DNA of 63,002 bases, counting the filler, from Octopus bimaculoides (Eukaryota): NCBI RefSeq assembly GCF_001194135.2. It is 7 parts of 7 records of this genome, joined end to end, with 100 filler letters (N's around TTAATTAATTAA, not from the genome) between each part and the next. Parts side by side here need not be neighbours in the genome. Positions count along the whole stretch, not along the records: positions 45,057 to 55,906 come from NW_026409345.1; positions 56,007 to 60,974 come from NC_068993.1; positions 61,075 to 63,002 come from NW_026364102.1; 4 more parts are not named here. One strand, given 5' to 3'. A program made the translations under genes and the position numbers. Under the pieces are notes generated by a model, which was given only the letters and a program-made list of their open reading frames with translations, was not told the origin of the DNA and searched no databases. Positions 51,481 to 63,002 of this stretch are shown one piece after another; the stretch's first letter is position 1, and each line of letters begins with the position of its first letter.

Positions 51481-53069
51481 ACAAACATGAACGAAATCTT
51501 TTGTTTAATCTTTTGCTAGTCACTATATAAAATGTCTTAGTAGAATTTTTACTGTTCAGGAATCAAACAGACAGGATAGTTATTTAGTCATTTTCTTTAT
51601 ACTCCTTCCCATCTGAGGTGAGTAGCACTGTTCTTAGATAACTCTGCTCAGTTGCACAGGGATTTGTAAGGAGCAGCTCTTATTCAGATTCAACTGCCAA
51701 TGACTATTGCCTATACTTCTGAAGTAAAGAGTTCTGACTAGAGGCTTCTAGCACATTGAAATCTTCTGTTGCCACACTCTCCATTGCTGTCAAGCTCTTT
51801 AAAAAAATTTAGTATCCGACATCCATGTTACAAGAAAAGTTCCTGTGTGATGAACATTTCTATGAATGTTGGGGTATATACTTGTCAGTATTACCTTTTC
51901 CATTGTGAAAGAGATAGATCAAATGGTAAGAGAGACCTGAAGCTTTTGTTACTTTCTTGAAGCTGTGTGATATGATGCACTCTTAAGCTTTAGTTTGTCT
52001 TAACCCAACCATGAAACAGCAGGGCAGTGCTTGTAAATTGCTAAGGTGGGTATGAAGGGCCATTACACTGGAATTTCTGGGGCCTGCAGTTGCTTTGTGT
52101 GATCTTTAGACAAGTTAGTCTAGAGCTACAACAGAACCACTTAGCATGTACAGCTGTGAGGAGACCTGGCAGAAGTCTTTGTAAGAGAGAGAGAGAGGTT
52201 GTGTAACAGCAAGGAAGTCTCATACACTGGATTGCTTCTCACTTCACCAAACAGGCTAATACCAGCTGCAGTGAGCTATCAGTTAGAAGGTTTGCAGGAC
52301 TACAGAACTAGATGAACCATACCATCCATACTCTCTCTTTTTTCTCTTACTCCTCTCTACACATACACACACACACACACACACATCTACTCATACACAC
52401 AAATGAACATATATATATATGTATGTAATTTATAAAGCTTACTTAAGTCAATAAGATAATGAGATTTTGCTATGTAATGTTGACTATTTTGTTACTTTTC
52501 TGTATTCTTTGAAGGCTGTGCGTGTGTGTGTGTGTGTGTTTTAACAGCCATTTGTATGACAATTTAGAGAAGTCATTTCAAGTTACCTTACATATGATAA
52601 TTCTAAGGCACAGTTTTCAGTAAAGCAGCAATGCCAAAGGTAAATATGAAAGGACCAAACATCAAAAGCCCCATAACCTTTTGCAATTACGTCCATGGCT
52701 GTACATGGTCAATATAAGCTCAGCCTTGAAGTGTATGACAAATATCTCATTCTTATAATTGTTGGTGCATGCTTCAGTGTTTTTTTAGTAGCATCCACAT
52801 TTTAAGTAGTTGCTTTATTGAACCCCTGCTTAAGTGATGAACGAGGCATCATGCATGACTAAACTAACTTAACATGGATGATAATTTATAAGTTTTACTC
52901 TAAAAATGGATTGTATAAGTTTATAACAGTGAAATGATAATAAATTGATAAAGACTAAAGTTGTAAATTTACTTTATACGTTGCAAGTTAAGGACATTCC
53001 TGTGCCTAATGAGATCTCATTTTATTTTAATAACCATACTAGTTTTTGTATGTATAATCAGTGATTCCC

Positions 53070-53451
53070 TTTGTGGAGGCGCAATGGCCCAGTGGTTAGA
53101 GCAGCGGACTCGCGGTCATAGGATTGCGGTTTCAATTCCCAAACCAGGCGTTGTGAGTGTTTATTGAGCGAAAACACCTAAAGCTCCACGAGGCTCCGGC
53201 AGGGGATGGTGGCGAACCCTGCTGTACTCTTTCACCACAACTTTCTCTTACTTCCTGTTTCTGTTGTGCCTGTAATTCAAAGGATCAGCCTTGTCACACT
53301 GTGTCACGCTGAATATCCCTCAGAAGTATGTTAAGGGTACACGTGTCTGTGGAGTGCTCAGCCACTTGCATGTTAATTTCACAAGCTGGCTGTTCTGCTG
53401 ATCGGATCAACTGGAACCCTCGATGTCGTAAGCGACAGAGTGCCAACAACA
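53070..53451 (+). mobile_element. Full-length family-A tRNA SINE with 14-bp TSD
   Basis: AATCAGTGATTCCC at 53056-53069 and 53452-53465; A/B boxes; (CAA)n tail. Confidence 0.93.
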
Positions 53452-54638
53452 AATCAGTGATTCCCAATATGGGGCATGTGCCCTACCAGTGAGGCCTGGG
53501 GCTTGGGATCAAAATTTTCCTTTTTTTTTTGTAGTGGGACATGGAACTGTGGAAATCACTTTTTGTCACAGCAAACATAATACATCTATATTCAGCCTAG
53601 CCAAACCAATCCCTCTAGCCAAGTATACTGTATGAAGACTGTTTGTTACAGTGTTATTCTAATGCCTTAGTATAGATATTTCTTTAAGGAAAGTGTGTAA
53701 TTATGAGATGTCAATACTCAATACTTAATAAAAGAATTACCAGTACATTCAAATAATTGTGATAAAATATTAAAGTTGTTTTTTTTCCAACCACTGGGGT
53801 GGTGGGGAATACATTTTTCTGGAAAGTTATAGTGGGGCCAGGGGGAAAATAGGTTGAGAAACATTGATGTCTAATATAATTAACTGCTATAGGTAAAATT
53901 TTGTATGTTAATTACGTTATCTCATCCACCCGCTAAAGCCTAATGCTCCCCTGGACATGTCTAGCGCCCCCTTAAAGCATAAAATTTTGGGGGACGGGGT
54001 TAGTTGATTACATCTACCCCAACGAGAACTTACTGTACTGACCACCATCCTGAAAGAATACCAGAAGTCACCCACAGCAACATTTGAACGTAGAATGTGA
54101 AGACTTGACAGAAATGCTGTTTGGTATTTTGTCTAGCATGCAAACAATTCTGATAGCTTGATGCTTCATTGTTTTGTCTATTAGAGATAAAGCAAGCCCT
54201 CTTCATCTTAAAAACTTATGAATTTAAGGAAGTACATGTGACTTAAGGAAGTCGATTTCTGCATGGCATTTAACTGCTTAGCCTGGCATCGTGTACAAAT
54301 TTAGAAAATGCTTCAGACTTGTGTGAGAAATTAGGTGAAACAGAAACGGCACCGATAATTAATATCCGGAATTCGATGGTCCAACTTTTGAATCACCCGC
54401 TATGCAACCCTAATACAGCTTAAGAATTAAGTTAATAGTATACGTGTTTGTGGAGTACTCTGCTACAGTGTGCCCTAAATAGAACGAATATGAGGGTATA
54501 CCAGTATGTGCATACTTGTGTTTATTCCATATTGCAGTACCAAGCTACCTTGTAGATATCTGGTATAACTAAACGCTACCATAGCCAATACAATGAACAA
54601 GAGAATTTTAGTGAATGACAGGTCTGGTTTTGTTTTAA

Positions 54639-54860
54639 CCCTTTCGTTAGTGTATTTATTTTGAGATGCTCTGTGTTTCTTTCAATTACTTTAACTATAA
54701 CAAAGAATTTAGTAAAATAACTTAGTTATTCATTAAGCTAGTGTTAGGAACATAAATTGTGACTAAGGTTTGGTGGAAGATCTTAATTCAAAACTTATGA
54801 AAACAAGACATTTGTACTACAGACCCAGAGGTGGTTTCAGGTGAGTTGGTATCTAAAGGG
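54639..54860. mobile_element. piggyBac-type MITE, copy 1
   Basis: TTAA|CCCTTT ... AAAGGG|TTAA ends. Confidence 0.8.
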
Positions 54861-54891
54861 TTAAGAATTGTTTCTCTATTATATATTTTAA

Positions 54892-55114
54892 CCCTTTTGT
54901 TACCATATTTTTGTTGAGATGCTCTGTGTTTCTTTCAATTGATTTTAAATATAACAAAGAATTTAGTAAACTAATTTAGTTATTCATTAAGCTAGTGTTA
55001 GGAACATAAATTGTGACTAAGGTTTGGTGGAAGACCTTAATTCAAAACTTATGAAAACAAGACATTTGTACTACAGTGCCAGAGCCAGTTTCAGCCAGGT
55101 TGGTAGCAAAAGGG
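54892..55114. mobile_element. piggyBac-type MITE, copy 2
   Basis: TTAA|CCCTTT ... AAAGGG|ATAA; colinear with copy 1. Confidence 0.8.
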
Positions 55115-55544
55115 ATAATGGGAGGCGGTCGGTCATCTTAGATCAACGATTAAATTTAACACTAGAAAAACAGGGGAGGCAACTCTCCAATTGCCAATTC
55201 CGTTTGATTTGTAATACAAATGTGTTATTGTGACCGATACTAATAAAGAAGGGAGGTACCAATATGTCAAGCTAACATGAACTGCACATACCGATAGTTC
55301 ATCGTCAAACACAAATAAGTGGATAGCTTTCAAAAGATAGCGAATAATGTGGACGGATATTATACGCAACTGACTTAGCTTATGGCTTATATATTTACAA
55401 ATAGAATCAATGGAAAAATTTTATATTTAATTTTGAAACAGCCCTACATATATATTCTTAATTCGTACTTTTTAGATATGTGATTTGATCTGACATTATA
55501 CGCTGGGGCATAAAACAACTGTACATGCAATGTCACATTTGCTT

Positions 55545-55906
55545 TTACCTACTACTACTACTACTGCTATTATTATTATTATTCAGTAGTTTTATTTTTA
55601 TAACGTACTTTCACTTCACTACCGAGCGCAGCTCTGTGCGCCTTGGGTATGTGCTGTGGTTTGCTGTGGTGCTCTTATGTTTACTGTATTGAAAGTGTTT
55701 TGCGTAGGATGTGTGCAGTACCCAGTAGTGCAATTTTCTGTATGTTATATATATTTGTAAGTCCTGCTATTTTTGTTATGTATTTGTCTGAATATTTTTT
55801 TTATTATACCTAAGGCACCTACTATGATAGGAATTGTTTCTGTTTTTAGATTCCACATTCGAGTTATCTCTATTTCCAGGTCTTTGTATTTTGAAAGTTT
55901 TTCCAT
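55545..55906 (-). mobile_element. R4/Dong-like LINE 3' end (restriction-like endonuclease C-terminus)
   Basis: EKLSKYKDLEIEITRMWNLKTETIPIIVGALG...IALLGTAHILRKTLSIQ* (stop at 55681-55683), then a 3' UTR and a (TAA/TAG)n tail. Confidence 0.85.
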
Positions 55907-56006
55907 NNNNNNNNNNNNNNNNNNNNNNNNNNNNNNNNNNNNNNNNNNNNTTAATTAATTAANNNNNNNNNNNNNNNNNNNNNNNNNNNNNNNNNNNNNN
56001 NNNNNN

Positions 56007-56038
<32 letters not shown>

Positions 56039-57069
56039 TCACACACACAGGCATGTATATATGTGCGTGAATCTATATGTATGTATGAGTGTCTATATGT
56101 GTATACATATGTATCTATATGTACATGTGTGAGTTTATGTGTGTTCATACTATTGATATTATAAGTGCATGCGTATATGAATGTGTATGAGTGTGTGTCA
56201 ATGCCTGTGTGCTTGTGAGAGTGCATGTGGGGTGTATGAAATGAATTTCTTATTTATATAACTTTCAAGCTTTCTATTTCATGTTTAGTTTTATATTCTG
56301 TATTTCGAAGCCTTTCGCGAAACCATGACCACCGGAGACATTCCTCAATCTTCGTGTACATGAGTGAGCTCTAGTGAGTGTTTTATATATTGGGTAAGTT
56401 TGAGTAAAGATTGGGAGAAAGTTAAGTTGAGATTTAAGCATTGGTTGGCCTTGATTGAAAGTTTTGCGTACTGGGTGGGCCTAAGTGCGGGTTTCATGGA
56501 TTGGTTGGGTTTCAGTGGCGATTTTCATGTGATATAAGTAAAGGTCGTGTTTAAGTGAGGTCTTTTTATACAGTGGATGGGCTTCAGTAAATCAATTATA
56601 GATTGCATATGTTTCAGCATGTATGTTTGAATAAATATTTGTAACTATTCATCGAGTGATACTTTTTGTTTAGTTCGTAAAAGTACGCAAGCACAAGTGC
56701 ATGCATATGGGTATACATATACGTAGTCGAAACCACTGATTAAGATTATGAATAATGTCATTAGCCGGTTATTGTTATCATGACGAGTAACTCTCAAATT
56801 CTCTATCGGTGAATGTTATCAAGTGCTTACTATTATAGAAAAAGGCTTCGTACTAAAGTGGTGGGAATAAACAACTTCCACGATAAATTTATACGTGGAT
56901 ATGTCAATGGGTGAGTGTGTGTGTGTGTATGTGTGTGCATGCGTTTGTGTGCGTACGTGTGTGTTGTTAGGTAGACAAGTATATTTATGAGTGGAATATG
57001 CGAATATTTTATGTGTAAAGGTACAATTATATTAGATCAGTGACTGTAATTATATATGTACATACATAC

Positions 57070-57168
<99 letters not shown>

Positions 57169-57857
57169 GGGGTGTGCATATATTTACGGTATGTATATCT
57201 ATACATATAGCAAATAATAAATTAAGAAAAATAAAAATGGGTTGAGATTCAAAGAAAAATTATAGTTCTGTGAATGGTCATTTGAAAATGATGGAAAATA
57301 TTTTGGATTCATTCTGACAGATGAAAGAATTGCGCCATTTTTGCTGCCACAGCAAACTGCAAGACATGCAACTTTTTTGTTCCCACTAAGCCTGATTGCA
57401 TACTATTTCAGACATTCTATAGAATATTTCATGAACTAAATGCCAAAGTATTGTAAATGGAAGAGAGCAACAGCCAAAATCCTAACTAAATGAGTTCGTT
57501 TTATTTTATCGTATTTTTTATGGCATTTCTTTCTTTTCCCATTAAATGTATCTAAGTTATAACTGTTTTCGAAGACAAAAAGAAACAAAAAACCCTTTTT
57601 CAGCCAAAGATTTTGCAAAGGAATTACCATGTTAGTTGTTGCTAAAATTTTTTCCGTTTCGCCTTATTACTACCATTCCTGGCTTTTCGTTCTCGTAAAA
57701 TATCAAATCTTCTCTGACGGTTTTCTCAGTAGAAAACATGTTATTTAACCCTAGGACTGGCTTGCTTACACTGATTTATGATTTATGATTTAAGACGTTA
57801 CATGCATGGAAATCTTACTTTACATTATTTTAGAAAATGTATCAAAAACTGTTTCCG

Positions 57858-57977
57858 TCTACCAAATCCACTCACAAGGCTTTGTTCGGCCCGAGACTAT
57901 AGTAGAAGACACTTGCCCAAGGTGCCACGCAGTGGGACTGATCCGGGAACCATGTGGTTGGTAAGCCAGCCACTTAC
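57858..57977 (-). mobile_element. CORE-type SINE 5' half
   Basis: Minus strand GGCGCAGGAGTGGCTGTGTAGTAAG ... GGCACCTTGGGCAAGTGTCTTCT. Confidence 0.8.
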
Positions 57978-57997
57978 TACACAGCCACTCCTGCGCC

Positions 57998-58093
<96 letters not shown>
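57998..58093. repeat. (TAA)n perfect microsatellite
   Basis: Direct reading. Confidence 0.97.
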
Positions 58094-58094
<1 letters not shown>

Positions 58095-58139
58095 CCTTTT
58101 CTACTACAGGCACAGTATAATGATAATAAACATCAGCAA

Positions 58140-58900
58140 TCGTGTATACTCTACGACAAAGATTTGGGCCATTAAACCGAGCTTAAATAATAAACGTGAC
58201 AACAAACAACCAAGAGTTAAGTTAAAAAAGAAAAAAGAAAATCACCATCTGAGAGGAGAACTGTCGATTATTGATGATCTTCTGAATGGAATAATTGCCA
58301 AACAAGAAAAGCGAAAAAAGTTAAAGTGAGGTCGAAAATAATAGATGAAAATGCATCCCTGCCATAAAAGAGACCCTGAAACAATGTATTCAAGTCAAAA
58401 CAGAGCAGATTAGAAGATATGAAAGAAAAGCAATATCTAGAGAAAGAACAGCATTTTGCAAACATATGCAAAGAAATTTTATAAGGAAATGGGGAAACAA
58501 AGAATAGAAATAAAGGATCCACCTGATATGAATGAAGTTAAGGAATTTTGTAAGAACATCTGGAGCAACTCAAAACAATGTGCTGAGGAAGTAGGTTGGT
58601 TCATCAGGGAAAATGAAATAATGAAAGATGAGGAACAATTGGAAGAGGTTGAAGTGGCAGTGCAAAGGCAGGCCTTTAGCAAAACACAGAAATGGAAGTC
58701 GCTAGGAATAGATCAAATCCCAAATTTATTGGTTGAATACACTTACAGGAATGCACAAGGCACCCACTAAGGAAATTAGTGCACTAAAAGAAAATCCCAA
58801 GAAGGGCTGCAATTAGTAGAAGGCACACCCTATCTCCTACGGGAAAAAAATACGGTAATTGAAATGATGAAGAACTATGAACCAAGTCTTACAAAATTCT
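58140..58900 (+). mobile_element. R4/Dong-like LINE, pre-RT fragment, degenerate
   Basis: KETLKQCIQVKTEQIRRYERK, KKFYKEMG, FCKNIWS and KWKSLGIDQIPN (compare WKAPGPDGIxN). Confidence 0.7.
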
Positions 58901-58908
58901 GAATTACG

Positions 58909-59288
58909 TTGTCACTCCGTCGCTTACGATGTCGAGGGTTCCAGTTGATCCGACCAACGGAAAAGCCTGCTCGTGAAATTAACGTGCAAGTGGCTGAGCA
59001 CTCCACAGACACGTGTACCCTTAACGTAGTTCTCGGGGATATTCAGCGTGACACAGTGTGACAAGGCTGACCCTTTGAATTACAGGCTCAACAGAAACAG
59101 GAAATAAGAGTGAGAGAAAGTTGTGGTGGAAGAGTACAGCAGGGTTCGCCACCATTCCATGCCAGAGCCTCGTGGAGCTTTAGGTGTTTTAGCTCAATAA
59201 CCACTCACAACGCTCGGTTTGTGAATCGAAACCGCGATCCTATGACCGCGAGTCCAGTGCCCTAACCACTGGGCCATTGCGCCTCCAC
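58909..59288 (-). mobile_element. Full-length family-A tRNA SINE with 11-bp TSD
   Basis: TCTGAATTACG at 58898-58908 and 59289-59299. Confidence 0.93.
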
Positions 59289-59796
59289 TCTGAATTACGA
59301 AATCACATTTAAAAGACATCAATGGGCAGTATTGCAATCGATTAATATGGATATCAGTATATGATTGGTACTAGTCCATTGACCATTGAAACAGAGAGCC
59401 GAGGTTAAGTTCATTTTCAGTTATATTGCAGGCGTCCAGGAATACTGTTGAAGTGGTTGAGGTTTCTGGATCGTCTGTGGATGTGTATTCGTTGAAAGGG
59501 TGTCCCTAATCCAAATTATAAATGGCTTAGTGAAATACAACTGACAATGTAATAAACCAACTGTTTTTATCAGATTTAATACATCCTAAATAAAATGTTT
59601 CGCTCAAGAACAGAACGTGTAGCCGTTCTGGGTACCGAAACCACAATCTTGTGATCATGAGTGCAACACGCTAAACACGAGGCGACGCGCCTTCGTGGTG
59701 CACATGAATAAATGTGTCTGCGTGTATATAATATATATGCTGTATATACACACATACACACACACGTACAAACTACACATACATGGAGAGAAACGC

Positions 59797-59881
<85 letters not shown>

Positions 59882-60026
59882 TTACAATTTCCGTGTTTCT
59901 CTGGGGAGACGAAAGTCGCAACATTTGGCTACGCTGTAAAACTACATTCAACATCTACTCTGCTTATTATGGTAGCATTGAATTCTTCATAATTGAGGAG
60001 TACAATGACCATTTGAGCGAAATCTA

Positions 60027-60284
60027 AGAAGAAGAAGATGAAGAAGAAGAAGAAGAAGAAGATGAAGAAGAAGAAGAAGAAGAAGAAGAAGAAGAAGAAG
60101 AAGAAGAAGAAGAAGAAGAAGAAGAAGAAAAAGAAGAAGAAGAAGAAGAAGAAGAAGAAGAAGAAGAAGAAGAAGAAGAAGAAGAAGAAGAAGAAGAAGA
60201 ATATATATAAGACATCACAAATGAATTTCAGTGGATTACGACTGATAGGGAATACAGTTTTGACTAAAACATACTGGCATTTCT

Positions 60285-60370
<86 letters not shown>
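60027..60370. repeat. (GAA)n array (60027-60200) and (CT)n array (60291-60370)
   Basis: Direct reading. Confidence 0.97.
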
Positions 60371-60373
<3 letters not shown>

Positions 60374-60501
60374 GACTTTCTACTTTTTTCCACTTCGTTC
60401 ACCTCTCCAGTCCGTATTCATATATTTCCACTTCTTGTGTTTCATACCACCACACCTCTGGCTTTCTCTCTCAAGAAGAAGAAAATGATGATGATGATGA
60501 C

Positions 60502-60535
<34 letters not shown>

Positions 60536-61074
60536 GAAAAGAAAAGAACGAGAAAACGATATATATATATGTCCATACACATATATATATAAGTGTGTGT
60601 GTGTGTGTGTGTGTGTGTACGTATGTATATATGTAATCAGCGCTCTCATCATCGTCCATATAACGTACAACATATGTATAAGTGTGTGTGTGTGTGTGTG
60701 CGTGGCCTTATGGATGCATGCGTATCAGGTACATGTGTGTGCATCTACATTAGTGGTGGTGGCGGTGTTGGTGGATTCGGGATGGTCGCCGTGTGAGATA
60801 GTGACATTATTTGCGCGGGGAGGAGCTGTAAATGGTGAGAGTGAGGCTGGTGGTAGGGAGGATGACTGCGCGATCGAGAGGTGCGATGATGAGGATGGAA
60901 AGGATGTGGTTGTCGTGATGTTTCTAATGATGAAATGAAGATGGTGGTGGAGGAGGTTGGGTTGGTGGTATTAGNNNNNNNNNNNNNNNNNNNNNNNNNN
61001 NNNNNNNNNNNNNNNNNNTTAATTAATTAANNNNNNNNNNNNNNNNNNNNNNNNNNNNNNNNNNNNNNNNNNNN

Positions 61075-62667
61075 CCCCAGAAGGATTTGATGTCCCTATG
61101 GGAAGTTCCGATTCAGCACAAATAACTAATTTAGTCTGCACATACATTCTTTATGAATTAGGAGACCAATTCCCAAATGTTAAGGGTGGTCTATACAGAG
61201 ACGATTGTTTACTCTATTTAGAGAACACCACAAACCAAAATATACAAAAAGTTAAAAATAGACTAGCTAGGTTCTTCAGTAGAATGGGCTTTAGTATAGT
61301 ATTTGAAGATGAAACATCTATAGCTAACTTCTTGGATGTCACTCTAGACCTACAAACTAAAACATTCTTTCCTTATCACAAACCCTCCACTAACCTAAAA
61401 TACATCAGCAAGCTCAGCAACCATCCAAATTCAGTAACAAGAAATTTAGTTAAGAACATTTCACTTAGACTATCTACAAACGAAGATATTTTCAATAAGG
61501 AGGCTGAGTTTTACAACTCAGCTTTATTAAAAGCAGGTTATAGAGAAAAAGTTAACTATATATATTCTACTTATGAAACCGATTTGAGTAATAATAATAA
61601 TAGTAATAATAATATAGATTTTAATTTAAACAATAACAACAAATACAATTATAATTTCCATCATAAATTCTTTAACGATAATAACCAGCTAAACATTTAT
61701 TCACGAAATAGGGGAAGTAACCGNNNNNNNNNNNNNNNNNNNNNNNNNNNNNNNNNNNNNNNNNNNNNNNNNNNNNNNNNNNNNNNNNNNNNNNNNNNNN
61801 NNNNNNNNNNNNNNNNNNNNNNNNNNNNNNNNNNNNNNNNNNNNNNNNNNNNNNNNNNNNNNNNNNNNNNNNNNNNNNNNNNNNNNNNNNNNNNNNNNNN
61901 NNNNNNNNNNNNNNNNNNNNNNNNNNNNNNNNNNNNNNNNNNNNNNNNNNNNNNNNNNNNNNNNNNNNNNNNNNNNNNNNNNNNNNNNNNNNNNNNNNNN
62001 NNNNNNNNNNNNNNNNNNNNNNNNNNNNNNNNNNNNNNNNNNNNNNNNNNNNNNNNNNNNNNNNNNNNNNNNNNNNNNNNNNNNNNNNNNNNNNNNNNNN
62101 NNNNNNNNNNNNNNNNNNNNNNNNNNNNNNNNNNNNNNNNNNNNNNNNNNNNNNNNNNNNNNNNNNNNNNNNNNNNNNNNNNNNNNNNNNNNNNNNNNNN
62201 NNNNNNNNNNNNNNNNNNNNNNNNNNNNNNNNNNNNNNNNNNNNNNNNNNNNNNNNNNNNNNNNNNNNNNNNNNNNNNNNNNNNNNNNNNNNNNNNNNNN
62301 NNNNNNNNNNNNNNNNNNNNNNNNNNNNNNNNNNNNNNNNNNNNNNNNNNNNNNNNNNNNNNNNNNNNNNNNNNNNNNNNNNNNNNNNNNNNNNNNNNNN
62401 NNNNNNNNNNNNNNNNNNNNNNNNNNNNATACCACGAGCCTTAGCAAACTAATTTGGGAACTTAAAGATAATAACATTAAATTTAAACTAGACTGGCTAA
62501 TTCTTTCTATTTCTAGGCCATATGAAAAGGGTGGAAAATTCTGCTCATTATGTAATAACGAAATGTACTTTATTTTATTTTCAAAGAATAAACTGGTAAA
62601 CACGTTCATAGAAAACTTTTACAGATGTAAACATTGGCAGCAACATGTATTTTCAGCATTTAAATAA
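61075..62667 (+). mobile_element. Penelope-like element: RT (YRDD) plus GIY-YIG C-terminus, gapped
   Basis: GFDVPMGSSDSAQI..GLYRDDCL..NFLDVTLDL..PYHKP..SNHP before the gap. TSLSKLIWELKDNNIKFKLDW..FCSLCNNE..CKH* after it (stop 62665-62667). No stops in either sequenced part. Confidence 0.92.
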
Positions 62668-63002
62668 CAATCACTTTTTTATAAAACGGTATCACATTAA
62701 CCCGTAATACATGAGTTCCTCAAATAGTTCTAGTAAAACATATCATTAACTCCCGCATATGTTAGAAGATAAAAATTGATTATGATTGACATAATTTATC
62801 TAAACATTCTTTATTTATTAACCTAATTTAGGACACATATAAAATCTTTGAACATAAAAAAGCGCATTATTTTTGGTTTATTTCATAGTAAAAGTCACCC
62901 ATAATAATTACATAATATGCAATGCTTTATTAACTTTACTACTTTTCCATATTTAATTATACCTCAATATCAATATCATTAATTTACGACTTCCAATTTA
63001 TT

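Noticed and set aside
51560-51617. Plus-strand exon ending at the strong donor GAG|gtgagt
   Set aside because: All three frames from the best acceptor contain stops.
57310-57460. Cys-containing frame KNCAIFAATANCKTCNFF
   Set aside because: Does not fit the CNxCxC pacifastin spacing, is bounded by stops and lacks compatible splice sites.

Overview
Eukaryotic, AT-rich, repeat-dense genomic DNA, most likely from a cephalopod. The SINE, RTE and Penelope families and the microsatellite load match what I know of Octopus; this is inference, no search was run. About 8.5 kb (~13%) is N. Six NNN-TTAATTAATTAA-NNN linkers show the window is seven separately assembled pieces, so long-range gene structure is uncertain. 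Almost every ORF in the supplied track is a microsatellite or N-run artefact. The only host gene I can support is a minus-strand pacifastin-type (I19) protease-inhibitor gene: two clean six-Cys exons (31646-31786, 29754-29875) that are missed or mistranslated by the ORF track. The rest is transposon debris: Tc1/mariner, L1/Tx1, CR1-like, three RTE lineages, R4-like, a Gypsy-like LTR element, a Helitron, piggyBac MITEs, three tRNA-SINE families and several Penelope-like pieces. The most interesting object is a 551-bp, TSD-flanked palindromic insertion (39187-39737). It is made of two head-to-head units, each a tRNA-like Pol III head followed by a (TAA)n spacer and a minimal hammerhead ribozyme. 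Further hammerhead folds lie at 46595-46686 and 14083-14132, and a Penelope RT/GIY-YIG ORF lies at 61075-62667. Together these suggest a ribozyme-bearing, Penelope-dependent non-autonomous retroelement system.
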